Assembly: GCA_951406725.2 (NCBI GenBank)
Contig: OX597838.1
Span: 13,640,001 to 13,704,000, forward strand
Length of the DNA: 64,000 bases
Direction of reading: 5' to 3'
DNA from: Octopus vulgaris
Lineage: Eukaryota
Numbering within the stretch: position 1 is the stretch's first letter; each line of letters begins with the position of its first letter. A model generated the notes under the pieces. The model was not told the origin of the DNA. It did no database searches and saw only the letters and a program-made list of their open reading frames with translations. A program made the translations under genes and the position numbers. Shown piece after piece: positions 1-12,110 of the stretch.

Positions 1-72
1 ACTGGATCTCATACATGAGAGGCCTTCAACCTGCAGGCTTAAGGCCCCATGAGTGAAAGATTCCATGGTTGT

Positions 73-305
73 AAGGCGGCGAGCTGGCAGAAACGTTAGC
101 ACGCCGGGCGAAATGCTCAGCGGTATTTCGTCTGCGTTACGTTGTGAGTTCAAATTCCGCCGAGGTCGACTTTGCCTTTCATCCTTTCGGGGTCGATAAA
201 TTAAGTACCAGTTACGCACTGGGGTCGATGTAATCGACATAATACCTATGTCTGTCCTTGTTTGTCCCCTCTGTGTTTAGCCCCTTGTGGGTAATAAAGA
301 AATAG
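73..305 (+). mobile_element. tRNA-derived SINE with Meta-like central domain (family B)
   Basis: Head GGCGGCGAGCTGGCAGAAACGTTAG, B-box-like GAGTTCAAATTCC, core GCCTTTCATCCTTTCGGGGTCGATAAATTAAGTACCAG, tail AATAAAGAAATA; flanked by the direct repeat GGTTGTAAG. Other copies at about 1062-1510 (two in tandem), 17196-17428, 19790-19978, 21167-21396, 34975-35098, 36664-36888, 41470-41560, 61934-62111. Confidence 0.85.
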
Positions 306-499
306 GTTGTAAGCCCTGCTACCACATGTTTCAGTCTTCACATGTGTAAAACTTCACATGTGCATAAATACACTGATATATGAGTTTGTAAGTGTAAGAA
401 GATCTAAGACCACATCAAGGTAAAGCATTGTAGAACAGAACAGAGTGCAATACAATAAAGCATAAAAGAATAGTAACAACATTTAAAGAGCAAATCTGT

Positions 500-658
500 T
501 TAATCAAGCATTTCCATGGTATCTAAGATCCATTGACGGTAGTATGAAACATCAGTGAAGATAGCAGCATGAAACTCACATCCATACCCAAAGGATGTAA
601 TACCAGCAACCACCATGGTACCACGATCAGGACAGTACAATGGGCCACCAGAATCTCC
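500..658 (-). CDS. Serine protease gene 1, exon 6 (catalytic Ser195 and stop codon)
   Basis: Acceptor ttttttcag, then GDSGGPLYCPDRGTMVVAGITSFGYGCEFHAAIFTDVSYYRQWILDTMEMLD*; 159 bp, phase 0, TAA at 502-500. Confidence 0.95.
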   Translation of the reverse strand, partial: GDSGGPLYCPDRGTMVVAGITSFGYGCEFHAAIFTDVSYYRQWILDTMEMLD

Positions 659-801
659 CTGAAAAAACAAAACAAAATTGGAAATGCATAAATAAATAGT
701 TTAATATATTATATTACATTAGTTATTTGTAATAGAAACCTCATCAAGATCCAATCTGTCAAACTTTTGATTAGTTTGAAGTAGATCATCCTCATTATTG
801 T

Positions 802-1030
802 TTAACCCTTTAGCATTTTAACCGGCCATGTCCGGCCAAAAGTATTCTATTTGTTTTATGTTCAAATTGGCCAGATCTGGTCTCTCACACCAGCCCTACA
901 ATATCATTTTAAAAATTAACAGCTACCTCATCGAAATCTCATAGCTACAGGATAATGCCTGATTAGTTCAAAACAATGTGGATAAAAAAGGATTAATTTT
1001 GGCAGAATAATGTGAACACTAATGGGTTAA
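802..1030. mobile_element. piggyBac-type MITE
   Basis: Ends TTAA-CCCTTTAG...TAATGGG-TTAA. Related copies at about 5145-5375, 15320-16096, 25739-25964, 26250-26704. Confidence 0.7.
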
Positions 1031-1812
1031 TGTCCATTCTCCATGCTGACATGGGTTAAATGTATTTCTTTACTGCCCACAAGGGGCTAAACATAGAGGG
1101 GACAAACAAGGACAGACAAAGGGATTAAGTCGATTACATCAACCCCAGTTGGAAACTGGTACTTTATTTATCGACCCCGAAAGGATGAAAGGCAAAGTTG
1201 ACCTTGGTGGAATTTGAACTCAGAACGTAACGACAGACGAAATACGGCCACGCATTTCGCCCGGCATGCTAACGTTTCTTATTTCTTTATTACCCACAAG
1301 GGGTTAAACATAGAGGGGACAAACAAGGACAGACAAAGGGATTAAGTCGATTACATCGACCCCAGTTGGAAACTGGTACTTTATTTATCGACCCCGAAAG
1401 GATGAAAGGCAAAGTTGACCTTGGTGGAATTTGAACTCAGAACGTAACGACAGACGAAATACGGCTACGCATTTCGCCCGGCATGCTAACGTTTCTGCCA
1501 GCTCACCGCCTTAGACATGGGTTGAATGGTTTGACACAGAGCTGGCCAGCAGGGAGCTGTCCAAGCTCCAGTTGTCTGCTGTAGCATGGTTTCTATGTCT
1601 GGATACCCTTCCTAATGCCAACCCCTTAGCAGAGTGTGCTGGGTGTTTTTTACATGCTGCTGGCACAGGTGTGCTAACACCACACTGGCACAGGTGTTTT
1701 TTAAGTGGCACCACCACCTGAAAGGACCAGCCTGTATGTGTGGAAGACAGCGATTTTGCTTCGCTTGATGTGTCTTATCAAGTGCAACAAATCACCACAT
1801 CTTCCGTGGAAC

Positions 1813-2002
1813 CTTAGGGTTCTGCCAGTACAGTCCAGGGGCTCCGCAAGAAGTTACCAAAACTGCTAAAATCGGCAGTAATTTTTAATTCTCCTGTGCA
1901 GATATGTGTGCATAAGACTATTAGATGATTGCACAGGGGTTCCTTGAGCCAGTGGAATGCTTCCTTGGGGTTCCGCTCCAGCAAAAAGTTTGAAAAGCAC
2001 TG
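1813..2002 (+). mobile_element. hAT MITE, 5'-damaged copy
   Basis: Near-identical to the intact copy at 44723-44919; ends TTTGAAAAGCACTG. Confidence 0.7.
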
Positions 2003-2456
2003 TTCCAGTCCCTTGTCAGTTCCTCGATGAGGCCCAGCATCTGAGGATCCTTTCTCACCACTTTGTCCCACACTTTTCTGGGTCTATCCCACCACTGCTC
2101 TTCATATTGTTTCTCCATCTATGCTGGAGAGAGGAAACTTAAGTTCAACTTGGCTTTTCATGACTTCCATCTCAAAATGCATTTTCTTTACAACAATCTC
2201 CACTTTAACATTACTCTATCTTTGTCACACGACTGCAATCAATGGCAATTTTGTTTCCAGGCCACTGGATCTCATACTGCTGCCACAACACATGCATTTG
2301 TTCAAATTCTAAATACAAATCACAACAGCTAAGCTTATTTAAATCAGTAGGGATTCAACATTAATTTTGGTTGGCATAATAAATATACATTTCGATATGT
2401 AAAGAAAAAGACACATCTCTGTTTTGCTTTAAATTCATATATTTTTATACTCACTT

Positions 2457-2868
2457 ACTCTTTTACTCTTTTACTTGTTTCAGACTGCGGCCATGCTGGA
2501 GCACCGCCTTTAGTCGAGCAAATCAACCCCGGGACTTATTCTTTGTAAGCCTAGTACTTATTCTATCGGTCTCTTTTTGCCGAACTGCTAAGTGACGGGG
2601 ACGTAAACACACCAGAATCAGTTGTCAAGCAATGCTAGGGGACAAACACACACACACAAACACACACACATACACACATATATATATATATATATACATA
2701 TATACGACAGGCTTCTTTCAGTTTCCGTCTACCAAATCCACTCACAAGGCATTGGTCGGCCCGGGGCTATAGTAGAAGACACTTGCCCAAGATGCCACGC
2801 AGTGGGACTGAACCCGGAACCATGTGGTTGGTAAGCAAGCTACTTACCACACAGCCACTCCTGCGCCT
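2457..2868 (-). mobile_element. Abundant tRNA-derived SINE (family A, octopus OK/OR-like)
   Basis: Minus-strand head GGCGCAGGAGTGGCTGTGTGGTAAG...GGGTTCAGTCCC (A/B boxes), internal (TA)n(TG)n, tail (AAAGAGT)n. Other copies at about 10407-10799, 12957-13373, 14818-15207, 16110-16540, 19175-19452, 21747-22148, 22815-23167, 29407-29634, 37119-37499, 37738-38163, 39103-39520, 39760-40183, 41787-42091, 44092-44474. Confidence 0.9.
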
Positions 2869-3214
2869 ATTATTCACTTCTGAATAATTATTTTATAAAT
2901 GATTAATTACCATTTACAACCAACTGTCTATCTTTTATTTTATTATACTTTTATTAGCTTGACCAGTACATTACCTATTGCCAACTCCTTATTTACCTGG
3001 ACTCCATCTCTCTTCATTTAACATTGGATTTTAGTTATTTCTCTCTGGTCATTGACAGTGTTTATCATATATCTTCTTTTTGACATAGTCTTAGCCATTT
3101 TATTAAACTTTTCAACATTTACACTCATGCAGTTCAATACATTTTTACACTTTTTGTCACCTATTGTATTGATTTTTTAACAATAGGTGGGAAAGATGAT
3201 TAATTCTTACTCAC

Positions 3215-3363
3215 CATACAAGTACTTGGTCCACCATCTTTGAAATCTCCTGCACAGAGATGTTGTTTTTGCAGATCAGCGTAGGACATCGTCTTTTTAC
3301 ACTGCTCATGATTGATGACTGGCATAGCAACATGATGAAGAGTGGCGGGTCCATGTTTTCCAT
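3215..3363 (-). CDS. Serine protease gene 1, exon 5
   Basis: tttttgtag|...|GTGAGT; (D)GKHGPATLHHVAMPVINHEQCKKTMSYADLQKQHLCAGDFKDGGPSTCM; 149 bp, phases 1/0; Ser at position 189. Confidence 0.95.
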
Positions 3364-3739
3364 CTACAAAAATAATGCATCAAAATTTAGACATAAAGAC
3401 CAAACTATTTGTGAAATTTCATCAAAGATTATAATTGTCTATGAATTGTTGCAGAAGTATGAGAAATTAAGGGGAATTTCACACATTGATGCGACTAAAA
3501 CTTACTGGGAAGCGAACTCCTGTTCCACACAGCTACACAACCGTCTAGTTATGCTTGTCTGTGTCTAACGGGATGAAAGTAATAATGTGCCTTGCGGGGT
3601 TAGAAGAAATACTAAAATAGGACAACATACGTTGTATATAAAAGAAATCCTTCAACAATGGCTAATGCTATGAAAGAAAAAGTGTTGCTTGTGAAAGTTC
3701 CTTGTTCAATAAAAATAGACAATAATTACTTTTGAAGTC

Positions 3740-4300
3740 ATCATCATCATCATCATTTAAGGTTTGCTTTCCATACTGGCATGGGTTAGATAATTTGAAA
3801 GGAGCTAACCAACTGAAGGGCTGTTCAGGCTCCATGTCTGTTTTGACTGGGTTTCTTCAACTGGATGCCCTTCCTAGCACCAACCCCTTTACAGAGTGTA
3901 CCAGGTGCTTTTATGCAGCTCTAGCATGGATGCTTTTTACATGGCCCCAGCACTTAAGAGCCCCCTAGATTGGGGATGCTCAGCTGGAGAGGGTTGCAAG
4001 GGTCAAGCCTGTGTGCAAGGACAACCTTGCTTTTATTTAGCTTGACACATCTTTTCAAGCCCAGCAAACTGACAGGAGTCTTGGTCCCCTATAATCCCCT
4101 CTGTGAGTCCCAATATTTGTACATCCTCTCTCACCACTTTGTCCCACGTCTTCCCATGTGTTCCCTCTGCAATTAGAGATTGGCATCTCTTGATGCAGTT
4201 CTCTTCATTCATACGCATTACATGGCCATACCAGCACAGATTTCTCTTTTGCACACTACATCTGTCGCTATGTATATCCAAAGATTTAGTTGTAGTTCGC
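3740..4300 (-). mobile_element. RTE LINE 3' end / RTE-related SINE with (GAT)n tail (family D)
   Basis: Minus-strand peptide ...VQKRNLCWYGHVMRMNEENCIKRC...KTWDKVVREDV resembles the RTE C-terminus; tail appears as (CAT)n on plus. Similar pieces at about 1515-2130, 7273-7540, 8220-8520, 12721-12900, 20580-21145, 44480-45460. Confidence 0.7.
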
Positions 4301-5646
4301 AAAAACTACAATCTTTAATGCCATTATCTAACCAAGCATAAAGAGTTTGTAAAACTGAAAGGATATCAGTGATTAAACAAGGTAACATTTCTAAAATGAT
4401 TTTTTTTTCAAACAGAAATCTATTTTTAAAGGATCTTAATGAAAATACTTCCTCAAGTTATGAAGTCTGTGAGATCTAATTTGTTAAGTGAAATCACACA
4501 TCAAGGGTAAGTTTGTCAGTGTACAATTACTTTTGCATATATTTTAGTTCTGGCAGTTTCTGACTGCATAAAAGACATGGCTAGCAGTATTCAAAAATCT
4601 TTGAAACTTGTAACTTCCGTCTTTGGGTTTAATTTAATAGCTGTAGATAAGACAACAAATATAATACTTTTGATAACATGATAATAACAGCAAATTTATG
4701 AGCTTTATTTGCTGTAAAAGCAAAGAATGAAATCACAAGAGGTAAAGATCTTTTTCTGAGGTAAACTCAGCAATAGTGATTTTGATTTGTCACAAGAATA
4801 ATTCAAGATGATTTAAGAAAAATGTTTGGGGTAATAGGGAGGAGAATGGTGAGAGCACAATTGGATTGGAGTGAATGCTGTGGCCAGTGGAACAGACTGG
4901 GCATCAGACAGCTTGGCTGATCCAACTGATTCAGGTGATATACATAATTTAGGAGTTATAAATGGTGTTTCATCTATGGTTGGGACTCAAAAATAATTTT
5001 TGTTTTGATAACAAGAAACAATTGCATAACCATCAACTAGAATCTAATAATTTAATAATGGGGTCATCTTATTCACTAACAAAATGTCTAAGATAAGAAA
5101 TGTATTAACTTTACAAAAAAGTTAAAGAATCAAATTATGAAGAATTTAATCCTTTAGCATTTAAACGAACCATATCTGGCCAAAATATTCTTCCTATTTT
5201 ATGTTCAGGCTGGCCAGATTCAGCTTCTTACATCTACCCTGCAAAGTTAGTCTAAAAATAAATGCTCACATAATCAAAATCACAAATCTCAAAGATGATG
5301 AATGATAAATTCAAAACAAAGTGAACAAATAAGAATTACATTTGACAAGGTAATAATCTGAATACTAGGGGGTTGAGGAGATTCTTTGGAGCCTGTTCAC
5401 AGAATGTAGGGGGAGGGGTATTCTCTGGCAAAGCAAAGGAAACATGCTCAGTCGCTTCCATACGGTGAAAGAGGAAGTCAAATTCTTTATGGATGTTAAA
5501 AGAATTGAATAATCAAAACTAGTTATGTATTTTGTCATTTTTAGCTGATATTACTAGCTATTTAAATGATCCAAGAATGGTGATTGGGTTTGGAATTCAG
5601 ACTAACAAAACAAGGGCAGAAAATATGTAAAAGAAAGCATACAAAC

Positions 5647-5781
5647 CTCCAAGAGCGCCCCATCCGGCAGCAATGCACTTCTTACCATCATAAACCTTAT
5701 TAGAGGGTGGTAAAGGTGATGATTTTATACAGTTAGAGAAGGTGACAGGACTTTCCAGGCGGATTATAGCGACATCGTTAC
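5647..5781 (-). CDS. Serine protease gene 1, exon 4 (catalytic Asp102)
   Basis: tattttcag|...|GTTTGT; (R)NDVAIIRLESPVTFSNCIKSSPLPPSNKVYDGKKCIAAGWGALG; 135 bp, phases 1/1. Confidence 0.95.
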
Positions 5782-5999
5782 CTGAAAATATCAACCAATT
5801 ATTATTATTCCTTTTATTTGTCACAAGGGTGAAGAAATGAATACAACATTATAAGGACAAATTACAAAAGAGATGTGGTTTTATGTAGGATCATTTATGG
5901 AAAAAAAAAAAAACTGATATGAAAACAAAAACATACAAGAGGTATGAAATGAGATATTTTAATATGGAATAACCACTAAAGGCAGTCAAGAAACTATAT

Positions 6000-6218
6000 A
6001 GGAGGGGGAGCTGAAAAATTCCTGGCTTTAAGAGTATTGCAAAAGGCCTGCTTGGAAGCCCAACTTTCCGAGTTCTTTTAGAGGACTTAGAAAAACTGAA
6101 GGACCACTGCAATAAATCTGTGAATCTGAGAGGGGAATATATTGAATAAAATCATAATTCACTGATCCTCCTGTATTTTCTTTTACCTAAAACCAGGAAC
6201 TTTTCAGAACCCCCTTAT
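6000..6218. mobile_element. Tc1/mariner-type MITE
   Basis: Imperfect TIRs GAGGGGGAGCTGAAAAATTCCTGGCTTTA / TAAAACCAGGAACTTTTCAGAACCCCCT, flanked by TA. Confidence 0.6.
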
Positions 6219-6548
6219 AGATCCAGGATTATGCTGACTACCAAAAATCAAGCACCCTCACCTAATTGTACTTTCCTGCCTATATGTATATGTAGAAAAT
6301 AGGCCCATTCCCCCCCAGTCAAGCTCACCACTCTTCCCTGTTATTTAGTTAATACACTGGATGGCAGAACCTCCCACCTTGAAAAAGTCAATATGGGTTT
6401 CACTGAAAAGGAAAGTATCTGTTCCCAGTCCTTTCACAATGGTCATGAGACACAGGAAAACTTCCTTCCCTTCCTGGCAAAGGAATGCAGCTGGACATTC
6501 ATATGATGAACACAGCTATTAGCCAAATCCATTCTGAATACAATAATA

Positions 6549-6689
6549 TAAGGTTGTCCCAAAAGTTCGTAGAAAGTCTTGGAAAATAATGGTCTTTATT
6601 TTGAGGAATAATTTTTGTTGTTTTTGTTAGTACTTGGCGAGTAAAAGTTCAATTTTCGCAAGTGTTTATGAACTTTTGGGACAACCTAA
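6549..6689. mobile_element. mariner-type MITE
   Basis: TIRs TAAGGTTGTCCCAAAAGTTC / GAACTTTTGGGACAACCTAA with TA on both sides. Confidence 0.7.
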
Positions 6690-7575
6690 TAGCAGTTCAA
6701 TTCAACTCCATAAATTTACAATGCTAGAACGCTAAATAAGAGTACACAGAACAGTTTCATTGCTTTATTTCACTGCATATTGGATAAGTGTGGCAGGTAG
6801 CAATTTCGTACCTGCACAGTTTATCATGCAATGTCAGTCCTTACCAAATTCTCCATAATTCAAAGACACTGAAAGAGACTGCTGAGTTGAGCTACATCAA
6901 TTTCTCAGAACATTGTTGCTTCTGCTCATCCTAACCTTCTAAAGTCTACAGGTGTTGATGCTTCACCAGCTGCACTTCCTTACTGGCAGAGACTGCTTGA
7001 TAATATTCACAAAACCAGACACCAAACATCAAACCTTGGGCTTTCGTTTCCTTAACCCTAAAACTGCAGCTCTTTCAAAGATAAGAGCTATGGGAGGCAA
7101 ATTTGATAATAGATTGTTATAGCTGTTCAACTTCAACAGTAGTAACAACAATCAAAGGATGAACAGTAAAGCTGACCTCAGTGGGATTTGGAACTCCAAA
7201 TGTAAGGAACATAACTAACTGCAGCAAAGCATCCTGTTTTGCACTTACCTGAAGTCTTCTGCCCTATATATATCATCATCATCATTATCATTTGACGTCT
7301 GCTTTCCATGCTGGCATGGGTTAGACGATTTGACTGGAGCTGATGAGCCAGAGAACTGCACCAGGTTCCAGTCTGATTTGGCATGGTTTCTACAGCTGGA
7401 TGCCCTTCCTAATGCCAACCACTCCAGGAGTGTAATGGGTGTTTTTACATGCCACCGACACAGCTCCTGTCAAACCATCCGACTCATGCCAACATGGGAG
7501 GCAGATGTTAAATGATGATGATGATGATGATGATGATGATTGAAGAAGTGAAAATAAGAATCTACATCTACTTAC

Positions 7576-7697
7576 GCATGGGGGTATCGGTGAAGCGAGG
7601 ATGCATAGCCCATGATTCAGCATTGATGGTCAAAACTGAAGGGTGCTCTACATCAATATCTCCAATTCGAGCTCTAATTGTGTGTGTTCCTTTGGCA
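7576..7697 (-). CDS. Serine protease gene 1, exon 3
   Basis: ttgaaacag|...|GTAAGT; (F)AKGTHTIRARIGDIDVEHPSVLTINAESWAMHPRFTDTPM; 122 bp, phases 2/1 join exons 2 and 4 in frame. Confidence 0.9.
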
Positions 7698-7939
7698 CTG
7701 TTTCAAGAAATCAAAATGAAAACAAAAAAATAGATACAGACAACACAAATGAAACTAAAATTGAATGGTATTAACCACATAATGCCTAAAACCCACAATT
7801 TTCTTGCAATCCCCCAAAAATGCAACTTCTTTGTTCCAGCCCAGTCAATGGACTGAGGTGTGATAGTTAACTTTGAGGAAGAAATTTTCCTATTATGCAA
7901 ACTGTCAAGTTTTGCCAAAACACCTTGTATCATTGAGAT

Positions 7940-8219
7940 CCTCCTCCTCCTCCTCCTCCTCATCATCATCATCGTCATCATCATCGTCATCATCATCGTC
8001 ATCATCATCGTCATCATCATCGTCATCATCATCGTCATCATCATCATCATCGCCATCATCATTGTCATCATCATCGTCATCATCAATGTTATCATCATCG
8101 TCATCATCGTCGTCATCATCGTCATCATCATCGTCATCATCATCGTCGTCATCATCGTCATCATCATCATCGTCATCATCATCATCGTCATCATCATCAT
8201 CATCATCACCACCACCACC
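7940..8219. repeat. Compound trinucleotide microsatellite (CCT)n/(CAT,CGT)n/(CAC)n
   Basis: Read directly; source of the poly-Ser/Ile/Met pseudo-ORFs. Confidence 0.95.
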
Positions 8220-8980
8220 TTCAATATTTAACTTCTGTTCTCCATGTTAACATGGGCTGCACAGCATGATAGAAACTGATGAGGCCAGGGTCACACCAGG
8301 CTCCATACTCTGTTTTGGCTTGGTTACTATGGTTGAATGCCCTTCCTAAACGCCTACTCTTTCGTGGAAGGCAGGTCTTCTCAAGTACAGCAATGTGCTA
8401 CATATCCCAGTTCTCTGTCTGTCGTCTCCTTCATAAGGTTCGGTGTTTTGTGATCAGCTTTCAAAACTTTGTCCAGTGTCCTCCTGGGTTTCCCTCTTCT
8501 ACAACTTCCTTTCACTTTAAATGATCACCAAAAATTACATTAATCAATGAGTAATATTATTTTAGATATTTTTCCAACTATGTGAGATAACCCAAGATTG
8601 CTTTTTGATCTTATTATTATAGTCTCATTAGTGAAGAGTACATTTCACCATACATACTAATACAACACTGACAAGGTCACTATGTAAATGTACTGTTATT
8701 GTACACTAGTTAGCTTAGGAATTAAAATTGTTTAAAGCAATATATTTTAACCCTCTCCTTTACTTCATCTACCATTAATAGAAAGTTTAACATTTAATTT
8801 CCCTCCACCATACTGTAGAAAGAAATAATTTATCTTGTGTACAACACAATTGTTACATAATATGAACAGTTGTCCAGTGGTGCTAGTAGAGTAACAAATA
8901 CAAACACAAAGACATACTCATAGTCATATATAAATATATATATATATATATGTGTATGTATATATATGTGTGTGTATGTG

Positions 8981-9026
<46 letters not shown>

Positions 9027-9076
9027 TAAAATACACGTGAAATGTAAGGGTAAGATATGAAAAATCAATTAAATGC

Positions 9077-9337
9077 ATATTGCAGATAGAAAAAGGCTAT
9101 TTATGACAGGTAGCGATAATTATATAAATTCAGATTGACTGAGGTAGTTTTGCAAAACAAACATAAAGACATTATTATGAGATTTATAAATAGTTTTTGA
9201 CTATTTATAAAATTTATGTATTGAATAAAACTTTTCCTTGTTTGTTTTGCAAAATATTCATCGTCTCTAATAACATAAATATGTATATAAATTGGATTTA
9301 CTACCTGTCAAAATAACCTTTTTTCTATCTGGAATAT
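9077..9337. mobile_element. Unclassified MITE / foldback in intron 2 of gene 1
   Basis: Inverted arms CAGATAGAAAAAGGCTATTTATGACAGGTAG (9083-9113) and CTACCTGTCAAAATAACCTTTTTTCTATCTG (9301-9331). Confidence 0.6.
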
Positions 9338-9350
9338 TCCCTATTTTTTA

Positions 9351-9429
<79 letters not shown>

Positions 9430-9789
9430 TTTTGTGCATTTTAGCCCAATGGTTGTTGCCATATAAGGAGATTGGTTTCCACACAGTTCCCATCCACCAA
9501 ATTCATTCACAAGGCATTGGTCAGCCCAGGACCATAGTAGAGGGCACTTGCCCAAGGTGACCCGCAGTGGGATTGAACCCAAAACTGCGTGGCTGCAAAG
9601 TGAGTTCCTTGACCACACAGCCTTGCCTAGGAATGAGTTACATTTTAGAAGTATCTTCATTGATATAACAACAGCAAAAAAACCCCCCAAAAAACGGAGG
9701 TATAAGGGTGAGAAATTTGCTTTTAGAATCACTACCAAGAATAATATTACATTTAAGAACACAGAAACATTAAGAGGCAGAATACATAC

Positions 9790-9940
9790 AAGCAATGTGA
9801 AGCAGTTAGGATATGTCTGTTGCTCAAAAGTGTGCCACCACAGGCAAAAGAGCCATCATTGGTATCAAAGAGCAGATGGACAATTGATGGGAACTGACAA
9901 GCCTTGGCTGGTTTGCCAGCAACGATTTGTTCTTCGCCAG
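9790..9940 (-). CDS. Serine protease gene 1, exon 2 (mature N-terminus IVAG, catalytic His57)
   Basis: tttattgcag|...|GTATGT; (A)GEEQIVAGKPAKACQFPSIVHLLFDTNDGSFACGGTLLSNRHILTASHC; 151 bp, phases 1/2. Confidence 0.95.
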
Positions 9941-10068
9941 CTGCAATAAATAAATGAATAAATATATAAATAAATAAATATACAAATAAATGAATAAATA
10001 TAAATAATAAATTTATAGATGTATGCATTATAACATATATATATATATACATACATACATACATACAA

Positions 10069-10101
<33 letters not shown>

Positions 10102-10220
10102 CATACATATATACATACATACAAACATACAAACATACATACATACATACATACATAAATACATAAATACATACATACAAACACACATACATGCATACAT
10201 ACATACATGCATACATACAT

Positions 10221-10273
<53 letters not shown>

Positions 10274-11208
10274 GGAATATTATCCAAACTTACAGGGAAA
10301 AATTCAATTTAGAAATACTAGATCAAATTTCACAAAATATATATATATAATATGTGTATATTATATATATATATATATATATAAATTAGAAATATATACA
10401 TATATACTCTTTTACTTTTTTACTTGTTTCAGTCATTTGACTGTGGCCATGCTGGAGCACCGCCTTTAGTCGAGCAAATCGACTCTGGGACTTATTCTTT
10501 GTAAGCCCAGTACTTATTCTATCGGTCTCTTTTGCCGAACTGCTAGTTGACGGGGACGTAAATACACCAGCATCGGTTGTCAAGCAATACTAGGGGGACA
10601 AACACAGACACACAAACACACACATACATATATATACATATATGTGACAGGCTCCTTTCAGTTTCCGTCTACCAAATCCACTCACAAGGCATTGGTCGGC
10701 CCGGGGCTATAGCAGAAGACACTTGCCCAAGATGCCACGCAGTGGGACTGAACCCGGAACCATGTGGTTGGTTAGCAAGCTACTTACCAAACAGCCACTA
10801 TATAATATGTGTATATTATATATATACATAATATATACACATATATGCGATATACATTATAGACATATAACCATTCATATCATATTTTTAAAAAGCATAA
10901 AATAACTTTGTTGATAGCTTTAAAACATATTGATACAACAGGTAATTCAAGAACAAAGAGGTGCAAATTGCTGGCCGTGAAGGTGGGAGCATAAAACATA
11001 AAAGTGAGAAGACAAGAAGTAATGAGCCTATTAGTTTAGGGTATTAAAGGGGTTCAACGTCTCTGTGTTGAGTTTTGTAATATACTGCTTCTGGGTGAAT
11101 CAACAGAAATTAATGTGTGTGTGTGTGTATGTGTGTGTGTGTGTGTGTTTCTCGGTGCTTGCATGTGTGTGTGCTTGTGTGTTTGTATGTGTATGTAATA
11201 TACATACA

Positions 11209-11281
<73 letters not shown>

Positions 11282-11370
11282 AAGGGTAAAATTAATTAAG
11301 AAGTAATCAGTAATTTCACCAAGTAGAATTCGGCATGAAAAAGGAACCATTTCATGGTAAGCTTAAGTAA

Positions 11371-11528
11371 TACTTTATAATTACGGTTCAGCAAAGATTT
11401 GCTTCACCACATACCGAAGTTTAGAAATAGCAGTCAAAAAACCTTAGCTATTTCTTCTACTTTAAAAGCGACTCCTTTTAAACTCTGGTATGTGGTGAAG
11501 CAAATCTTTGCTGAACCCTAATTATAAA

Positions 11529-11531
<3 letters not shown>
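11371..11531. repeat. 45-bp inverted repeat (foldback) in intron 1 of gene 1
   Basis: 11371-11415 TACTTTATAATTACGGTTCAGCAAAGATTTGCTTCACCACATACC is the reverse complement of 11487-11531 with one mismatch. Confidence 0.9.
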
Positions 11532-11584
<53 letters not shown>

Positions 11585-11727
11585 TTATATTTGTATATAT
11601 AAATGTGTGTGTGTGTGTGTGTGTGTTGTAAGAAGTTTGCTTCTAAACTTTATAGTTCTGGGTTCAATACCGCTGTTTGGCACAACAGGCAAGTGTCTTT
11701 TACTGTTGATGATGATGATGATGATAG

Positions 11728-11761
<34 letters not shown>

Positions 11762-11784
11762 ATAAAGTTTAGTGCTTGATTTAC

Positions 11785-11836
11785 CATTGGTGTAAGCCAG
11801 CGCCAAAGTGAGAAGGAAGCAGACTGAGGAAAGCAT
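11785..11836 (-). CDS. Serine protease gene 1, exon 1 (signal peptide)
   Basis: ATG at 11836, MLSSVCFLLTLALAYTN+G|GTAAAT; 52 bp, phase 1. The six exons total 768 bp = 255 aa + stop. Confidence 0.9.
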
Positions 11837-11853
11837 TTTGACAGAGACTGGAC

Positions 11854-11891
11854 AACTGAGATGCCAAACACAGTCCGCAACGGTATTTATA
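11854..11891 (-). promoter_or_regulatory. TATA box and initiator of protease gene 1
   Basis: Minus-strand TATAAATA (11891-11884) about 30 nt upstream of TCAGTT (11859-11854), which lies about 20 nt before the ATG. Confidence 0.7.
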
Positions 11892-11954
11892 GAGCCTGAA
11901 GCTTCCGTGGAACAATGGGAGAAACAGCAGCTGTGGTAGAAAGAGCTGCTCTGG

Positions 11955-11955
11955 G

Positions 11956-11990
<35 letters not shown>

Positions 11991-12073
11991 TAGCAGTAGT
12001 AGTAGTAGTGGTGGTGGTGGTGGTGGTGGTGGTGGTGGTGGTGGTGTTAGCAGTAGTAGTAGTTGTAGTAGTG

Positions 12074-12110
<37 letters not shown>

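Noticed and set aside
2622-2834. Recurrent ORF family '...YDRLLSVSVYQIHSQG...EDTCPRCHAVGLNPEPCGW'
   Set aside because: It is the antisense translation of the family A SINE head, not a protein family.
7703-8250. Long poly-Met/Ile/Ser ORFs, and similar YIYI, poly-Thr and poly-Asn ORFs at 10.0, 11.9, 19.5, 25.1, 28.6 and 34.3 kb
   Set aside because: They are translations of microsatellites that are open in several frames at once; there is no coding signal.
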